31,348 nucleotides of DNA from a virus. Its lineage: Duplodnaviria; Caudoviricetes. The notes under the pieces are model-generated. The model was not told where the DNA came from. It saw only the letters and a list, made by a program, of their open reading frames with translations, and searched no databases. The DNA lies in IMG/VR virus record IMGVR_UViG_3300038520_000874, positions 1-31,348 of that record. The stretch is one strand, 5' to 3'. The stretch's first letter is position 1. Each line of letters starts with the position of its first letter. Below, piece after piece: positions 26,381-31,348 of the stretch. A program made the position numbers and the translations under genes.

Positions 26381-26382
26381 AT

Positions 26383-26407
26383 AAAAAAGGGGGCTTTTAC
26401 ACCCCCT
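26383..26407 (-). terminator. Rho-independent terminator
   Basis: AGGGGG-loop-CCCCC-U6. Confidence 0.8.
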
Positions 26408-26461
26408 ATCTATAACTAAACCAAACTTAATGAAAAAACTCTTTGCTAATATACAAAAAAT

Positions 26462-26983
26462 TTATGGAGTTGGGTTAATTGGCGATGATGAATCATCAGT
26501 TGGTAATGATGCTACAAAGAATGGTGGGGCTGTTTCTTGAGCTGTAAGAGTAAGCGTAAATCCACTTAAATCTCCCATAGCTGCACCTGTAACAACTGTA
26601 CCACCTGTAACTTCGCTTCCATGATCTTTCCCTACTAAAAAGCCATTGCCATTATAATCTTCGACAACGATTTGGGGGCGACCATGTGCTAAGAGCTTAA
26701 TCTGCTCTTGAGTAGCTACATCTAAAAACGTAAATGTAACATTAAGGGTTGACTCATAGAACGTCGTTCCGTTCTCTCTGCTCGAATTTATTTGGGTTTC
26801 GAGTGACGAGTTGCCCTTGATTTCATATTTGTAGAAAGATACGCTATCATCTAAAGTGATTGTACCACTACTGTCAGTCAATGCTGCTGTGGTAGTTGTG
26901 TAAGGTGCGAAGTAAATGTTTTTCAGCCCACCTACACCACTCTTACATGGTAACGCTCTTCCGTTTGATACTGCACAAGCCAT
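26462..26983 (-). CDS. Major tail tube protein
   Basis: MAC...GR...CK..VGG.K, SRENGT.FY, and GFTLTLTAQE; typical of Bacteroidota phage tube proteins. Confidence 0.65.
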   Translation of the reverse strand: MACAVSNGRALPCKSGVGGLKNIYFAPYTTTTAALTDSSGTITLDDSVSFYKYEIKGNSSLETQINSSRENGTTFYESTLNVTFTFLDVATQEQIKLLAHGRPQIVVEDYNGNGFLVGKDHGSEVTGGTVVTGAAMGDLSGFTLTLTAQETAPPFFVASLPTDDSSSPINPTP

Positions 26984-26997
26984 ATTAATTTGTTTTT

Positions 26998-27039
26998 AAA
27001 AAAAAGGGTAGGTAGGCACTCGGCTTACCCACCCCTTTT
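26998..27039 (-). terminator. Terminator/attenuator hairpin after the capsid gene
   Basis: AAAAAGGGTGGGTAAG...CCTACCTACCCTTTTT long stem with a U-run. Confidence 0.7.
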
Positions 27040-27060
27040 AAGTTATTGATTATCAGTTAA

Positions 27061-27984
27061 TTAGCTATACAAAACGATGTCCGATCCGACCCCCGTTTGC
27101 ACGCCTGCGGTATATCTCATAATAACGCGAACATTTTGTGAACCATCAAGGTCAGCCATGTCAATTACTTTAACTTCGTTTCTGTCATCAAGCAATCCTG
27201 TTCCAAAGAATAGGTTAGACTTCTGAGCAGCTACTGCTGTGTTATCAGCAAGACCTTTAGCTACAAAGATGTTGATCCCATCAAAAGATAGTTCTCCACC
27301 ACCGTACCATTGAGTTCCTTTGTTGTCAGTACCTGCTGCACCGATAGTAGCAACAAATCCTCCGAGCGATCTGATGTAAGCACGAGCGATGTTAGAAGAA
27401 ACATAGATAGTAAGGTCATCTTTTCCGTAAACAGCAGAAGGAATCGCATCAACGATTTTTCCAAGTTCTGTAATTACGTTTGTAGATGTAACTGTACCTG
27501 CTGTTACGTCAACTACGTCTGAGTCTGCACCCAATAGAGTTGAAAACCCATCAAAGTTACCTTCTCCTGCACTACCACTCCAAATAGAAGTTTCAGTTGC
27601 AGCAGCAACCTCAGCAGCTACACGACCGATAACGTAGTCAGAGAATAATGGCGGTAACTCATCAAAAGCAGAGAATCCCATTTGAGCAGCTTCCCAATCA
27701 GAGTGCAATTCTTTCTTACATAGTTGTAAGTTTACTTGCAATTCAGTTGGTGTAAGCACTTTCTCAGTTAGAGTTAGTGTTGATGTAGTAGAGTCAAAGT
27801 CGCAATCAGCAGAACGCACAAGGTTCGCCATAGCACCTACTTTCATAGCAGCTTTGTACTTTACATTTGGTAAAATTGTGATAGCACCTTTGTCAAGTGT
27901 ATCAGCACTTAATAAAGCAGCTCCGAGGTATTTTCCTGCAAATTCCCCTGCATAGCTACTTCCTGTAATAGTTGGATTTGGCAT
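27061..27984 (-). CDS. Major capsid protein
   Basis: 307 aa; follows the scaffold; HK97-like size and pattern (ETSIWSG...FDGF); followed by a terminator. Confidence 0.85.
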   Translation of the reverse strand: MPNPTITGSSYAGEFAGKYLGAALLSADTLDKGAITILPNVKYKAAMKVGAMANLVRSADCDFDSTTSTLTLTEKVLTPTELQVNLQLCKKELHSDWEAAQMGFSAFDELPPLFSDYVIGRVAAEVAAATETSIWSGSAGEGNFDGFSTLLGADSDVVDVTAGTVTSTNVITELGKIVDAIPSAVYGKDDLTIYVSSNIARAYIRSLGGFVATIGAAGTDNKGTQWYGGGELSFDGINIFVAKGLADNTAVAAQKSNLFFGTGLLDDRNEVKVIDMADLDGSQNVRVIMRYTAGVQTGVGSDIVLYS

Positions 27985-27995
27985 TTTCTAAATAT

Positions 27996-28595
27996 TTAGT
28001 TGTTGATTAATTTTTGCATTACTCGATCAATCGTTCCTTGCTTTCTGTTTTGTGCAAATTTTAGATTGACTTGTTTTTTAGGTTCAGGGTTATGAGTAAT
28101 TGCTTCGGTAGCAGGTGTTTCAGATAGCTCCTCTTTCACTTGCTCTTCTACTTCGCTCATCTCCTCTTTTTTCTCAATCATTGTTTTGATCTCCTCAACC
28201 AATGACTTAACTTCCGCTAACTCTTCTTTAGTTGCGTACTTAGCTTCGACCTCTTCCTCTTCAAGTTGCTCTTCAACTTCCTCAGATGCTTCTACTTCCT
28301 CTTCCTCTTTAGCTTCTTGTTTTTTGATTTCGCCAATAAGACCTTCCTCAGAAACAACAAGGATTTGACCATCTTCCATTTGGTATTCGCCAACAGGGAC
28401 AGCTACTTTCTCGTCATCCGTAAGTATAAAGATTTCCTTACCTGCTTCAAACGCTTCCGCTTCAAGGACAGTTCCGTTTTCGAGTTTCGCTTGTGCTAAC
28501 TCTACTACTTGGGATTGCTCGATATTTTCTACGATATCAGCAGTATCTTCCCCAAGATAGGTTTTGATTTTGTTTAAGATTTCTGTCGCTTTCAT
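27996..28595 (-). CDS. Capsid scaffolding protein
   Basis: Very Glu-rich; PVGEY.MEDG..LVV..EG.I domain plus coiled coil; directly upstream of the capsid gene. Confidence 0.7.
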   Translation of the reverse strand: MKATEILNKIKTYLGEDTADIVENIEQSQVVELAQAKLENGTVLEAEAFEAGKEIFILTDDEKVAVPVGEYQMEDGQILVVSEEGLIGEIKKQEAKEEEEVEASEEVEEQLEEEEVEAKYATKEELAEVKSLVEEIKTMIEKKEEMSEVEEQVKEELSETPATEAITHNPEPKKQVNLKFAQNRKQGTIDRVMQKLINN

Positions 28596-28598
28596 AAT

Positions 28599-28628
28599 TA
28601 TATATAGTATTTAAAATTTATTTTGCAT
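28599..28628 (-). promoter_or_regulatory. Phage late promoter variant (ATGCAAAA-N12-ACTATATATA), 3 nt before ATG 28595
   Basis: One mismatch in the downstream box; same spacing. Confidence 0.7.
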
Positions 28629-28631
28629 TTT

Positions 28632-29048
28632 CTAAAATAATCTTTGTAGTCTGTCGCTAATCTCATCTACATTTTTTTGACTTTTTTGCACCCTATCAAT
28701 CAACTGCTCTAATTCATTGTATCCGTCAATACTTTTCGGATTGACACCTAAGTCGTCAGCAGCTCTTTTAGCTTCTTTTAATGTATTTTCAGCGATATTA
28801 ATTTTGCTATCAGTTGCTTTAACAACATTCCTGTTTGTTTTAATTTGCTGTTTTGCATTAGGTATGTTGTTTACTAAATCACTATAATATTTAACGCTTT
28901 TTTTTAAAACTCTTTCATCAATAGATATTTGAGAATTTAAAGCATTTGTTACACGCTGTATATCATCAGCAATAGCAAGTTCTACCTTTTCAACAGATAG
29001 CTCTTGTTTCTCAATAGAAACGATTTTTTTCATTATTTTTTTACTCAT
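28632..29048 (-). CDS. Helical protein with KVELA leader, putative internal head cargo
   Basis: Shares leader and A..LGV motif with 29348..29719. Confidence 0.6.
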   Translation of the reverse strand: MSKKIMKKIVSIEKQELSVEKVELAIADDIQRVTNALNSQISIDERVLKKSVKYYSDLVNNIPNAKQQIKTNRNVVKATDSKINIAENTLKEAKRAADDLGVNPKSIDGYNELEQLIDRVQKSQKNVDEISDRLQRLF

Positions 29049-29070
29049 TGTTTTTATATTTAAATTTTTA

Positions 29071-29220
29071 TTAAACCTTTCCTATCCCTTGCGCCCTGTG
29101 GCTGCCATCACAACAGCTTATGGAGTATGTGTTATCCTCACACAAACATCCTCGTCTTGATCCTTTAGGGCTTGTTTTTGATGGTGTCTTAAATGATTTA
29201 TTAATCCTTCGCCTTCTCAT
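29071..29220 (-). CDS. Small basic Cys-rich protein (49 aa, ...SPKGSRRGCLCEDNTYSISCCDGSHRAQGIG)
   Basis: Manual translation; ATGA overlap with the upstream gene. Confidence 0.7.
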   Translation of the reverse strand: MRRRRINKSFKTPSKTSPKGSRRGCLCEDNTYSISCCDGSHRAQGIGKV

Positions 29221-29348
29221 CCTTGACCTCTGTATTTTTTCTTGTATAGCTTTGAACCTTTGATACTGCTCATTTTGGTTTTAGCGTGTACACCTTTTCT
29301 GCGTACCTTTGGCTTTAATACTTTTATATAGTCTATTCGTTTAGCCAT
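29217..29348 (-). CDS. Small highly basic protein (43 aa, ...KKKYRGQG)
   Basis: Manual translation; TAATG overlap; Lys/Arg-rich. Confidence 0.7.
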   Translation of the reverse strand: MAKRIDYIKVLKPKVRRKGVHAKTKMSSIKGSKLYKKKYRGQG

Positions 29349-29719
29349 TACAACTTAAACTTTCTTAATTTAGATATAAAAGAATCAACAGATATTATAT
29401 AGTCCTCTACATCTTGAAAAGCCTTTTTAAAGTTTTTACCTACTGTCGTACTTTCTAAATCAACACCTATCTCTTTAGCTAATCTTTTACCATCAGTATA
29501 GGCTTTATCTATTTCGTTTTGTAGTTTTTGTAATCGCTTTGATGTAGCTTCCATTTTACCTGATGCATTTAACACCTCTTGTAAAGCATCTCTACGACCA
29601 TCGTTAAAAATAGATTGTGCTTTTTGCTCTATATCCTTTAACTGACCATCTAAAGCTAATTCAATTTTTTGTGGCTCTTGATTGCTAAACAGCATCTTAC
29701 TTACATTCTTTTCGCTCAT
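29348..29719 (-). CDS. Helical protein with KIELA leader, putative internal head cargo
   Basis: Paralog-like to 28632..29048. Confidence 0.6.
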   Translation of the reverse strand: MSEKNVSKMLFSNQEPQKIELALDGQLKDIEQKAQSIFNDGRRDALQEVLNASGKMEATSKRLQKLQNEIDKAYTDGKRLAKEIGVDLESTTVGKNFKKAFQDVEDYIISVDSFISKLRKFKL

Positions 29720-29721
29720 AA

Positions 29722-31275
29722 TTATTTATTTTTTTTTGGATGTCCTTTAGGTAGCAAATCAAAATCCCCTGTATATTTAGGATTCTGAGGTCTACCATTT
29801 TTTACTAAATATAAAAACGCATTAACACGAGCAAAAGACCATTGAGAAGCACTTTTAACTCTTGGGCTATGCGATACGTTAAATGCACCTAAGCCACGCT
29901 GAAACACAGCTTTGAGCATACCTACGTTAACGCCATAACCTAACTTGTCTTTGTATCTTTTATTGAAATCGTCTGACTTTTGTTTTAGGGTAGCTTCGTC
30001 TTGTTTTGATACTTTAGCACCTCTTGTTGTAGATGCATCGCCTTTAGCTGTACCTTTACCTTTTGGGCTTGGGTTTGGAGTGTCTGACTTAGGGGCTTTC
30101 TTTGAACGTCTTATACCGCCACGTTCGCCAACCTCTGCCATCTTTACACACTTACCATCTTTTTTCTTATACCCCTTTGGGCATTTGTGGTAAGCCATAT
30201 CTTCTTTTTTGTGAAACTCACAAGGCATATACCATGTTTGCCCCTCAAACTCGTGTTCGTGATAACCTTCACAACCTAAGTCCTTAGCTATCTCTAATGC
30301 CTTTTCTTTTGTGTTAAAAGCTACACGATCATCTATAATAGCTATGTTTTCATTGACTACCATAGATTCTAATTCTATTTCTCCTAATTCTTTTAACTTG
30401 CTTTCAGCCCATCGTTTACCTGCTTTACCACCCCATAAAAGATATGAGATAGTACCACAAGCTTTAGTGTCGCTTTCATCGTAGTACTCCTCAGCTCTGC
30501 TTAGGTATGAGTACATTCGCTTTATAACAGACACACTCAACTTTTCGCCTTTGCTGATTTGCTTTGATCTTATTTTTCCAATAGAGGTTGCGCACTTATT
30601 GTTTACTTTCTCGTTAAGTTCGATACCACGCTTTGCGTTATTCTTTACAGCACTTGGATAATCAGAGTAAGACTCAAGTTCCTCTTCTTTAACAATACTT
30701 AATATCTCTTTAAGCATATCCTGAGCTAAGTCCTCATCAAAGTCATTAATAGGCTCTTTGGGGCGTTCCATCTTGTCAGCGAAGTACCCCTCAATACTGA
30801 ATCCTTTAATTTTTTTTGTGCGGACATACGATTCCCATATCTCTTCGTTGTTGACTTTTACAGCCCCCATCCAAGTTCCTACAGGTACATTTAGTCCGTA
30901 CTTTCTTGATTTGTCGTGTGTTTCGTCCTCTACTATCCAACTTTCTACAAGTGTTAATCCGTTAATGCTATGTTGATGTTCTAATGTGGCTTTGTTTTGA
31001 TTGCCATTTTGTAAGTATAATTGCGATGCTTTTAAGACAGTATCTTTTGAGAAGTATATATAATACTCATCATCGCCCTTACGTCTGTATATAGGTTTGT
31101 TTGGAATAAGCAATGCACCGAGTAGGATACGCTTCTCAGTTGATACCTCAGCAAGTTTTATCTCCTCGTTTTTTAGTGCAATAAAATCCTCTTCGATTGC
31201 AGGGTTCTCAACAACAGATATCGCTTCAATCCCTGTGATTTCCTCATCGCCTAAAATAAGTTCTACGATTCGCAT
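29722..31275 (-). CDS. XkdF-like prohead serine protease fused to several accessory domains (517 aa)
   Basis: TLEH...VESW...GTW...KGFSIEG protease core (aa 1-170), then YSDYP...LLWGG, GCEGYHEH..YMPC and RG.GAF...W..ARVNAFL modules. Confidence 0.8.
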   Translation of the reverse strand: MRIVELILGDEEITGIEAISVVENPAIEEDFIALKNEEIKLAEVSTEKRILLGALLIPNKPIYRRKGDDEYYIYFSKDTVLKASQLYLQNGNQNKATLEHQHSINGLTLVESWIVEDETHDKSRKYGLNVPVGTWMGAVKVNNEEIWESYVRTKKIKGFSIEGYFADKMERPKEPINDFDEDLAQDMLKEILSIVKEEELESYSDYPSAVKNNAKRGIELNEKVNNKCATSIGKIRSKQISKGEKLSVSVIKRMYSYLSRAEEYYDESDTKACGTISYLLWGGKAGKRWAESKLKELGEIELESMVVNENIAIIDDRVAFNTKEKALEIAKDLGCEGYHEHEFEGQTWYMPCEFHKKEDMAYHKCPKGYKKKDGKCVKMAEVGERGGIRRSKKAPKSDTPNPSPKGKGTAKGDASTTRGAKVSKQDEATLKQKSDDFNKRYKDKLGYGVNVGMLKAVFQRGLGAFNVSHSPRVKSASQWSFARVNAFLYLVKNGRPQNPKYTGDFDLLPKGHPKKNK

Positions 31276-31278
31276 AAC

Positions 31279-31308
31279 TATATATCGTTTAAAATTTGGT
31301 TTTTGTAT
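31279..31308 (-). promoter_or_regulatory. Phage late promoter (ATACAAAA-N12-ACGATATATA), 3 nt before ATG 31275
   Basis: Exact motif and spacing. Confidence 0.75.
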
Positions 31309-31309
31309 T

Positions 31310-31348
31310 TTATCCTAATGATGCCCCCTCGACAATGTTACGATCTAA
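31310..31348 (-). CDS. C-terminal fragment of a tape measure-like gene (LDRNIVEGASLG*)
   Basis: Matches the LDRNI motif ending 565..2310 and precedes the protease as at the window start. Confidence 0.7.
   Translation of the reverse strand, partial: LDRNIVEGASLG

Noticed and set aside
26430-26540. Plus-strand ORF starting MKKLF
   Set aside because: Only 36 codons, antisense to the tail tube gene, with no plus-strand promoter; treated instead as the complement of a candidate sRNA.
886-31318. All other plus-strand ORFs in the track, and nested minus ORFs 18977..19174 and 27261..27464
   Set aside because: They overlap well-supported genes, have Ser/Phe/Leu-rich antisense composition, and show no motifs or promoters.
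1-31348. Exact terminal repeat, prophage att sites or integrase
   Set aside because: The ends are homologous only at protein level; no integrase, repressor or host genes were recognised.
1-31348. Alternative genetic code (stop-codon reassignment)
   Set aside because: Genes are full length and tightly packed under the standard code; TAA, TAG and TGA all act as stops.

Overview
The window is a near-complete (~30.7 kb) genome of a tailed dsDNA phage, probably a siphovirus, that infects Bacteroidota (Flavobacteriia-like). Host evidence: TAnnTTTG promoters, no Shine-Dalgarno sites seen, and a DUF3127-type SSB. All credible genes are on the minus strand. Reading 5'->3' from 31275 downwards, the order is: XkdF-like prohead protease, small head proteins, scaffold, major capsid, tail tube, portal, adaptor, two fibre/spike paralogs, an envelope cassette, M15 endolysin and holin, an AT-rich tract, then NinG, SSB, helicase, ECF-like sigma, HNH, MjaI-like nuclease, C5 MTase, RecE-like exonuclease, N6 MTase, terminase, a frameshifted tail chaperone, tail genes and tape measure. 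I saw no integrase, CRISPR, tRNA or RT. Main observations: (1) By eye, CYRG (CTAG/CCGG/CCAG/CTGG) is absent from ~690-31348, and the phage encodes an MjaI(CTAG)-like endonuclease. (2) A ~70-nt sRNA candidate is complementary to the leaders of early genes, and a second candidate looks antisense to a host-like start region. (3) A late promoter (CAAAA-N12-ACGATATATA) sits 3 nt from the ATG in four of five copies. (4) There is a -1 frameshift at a T9 run. (5) Two head-cargo paralogs share a K(V/I)ELA leader. (6) The HNH gene is flanked by a 10-bp direct repeat. (7) The first ~700 bp come from a different, related phage. All calls were made by eye, without database searches.
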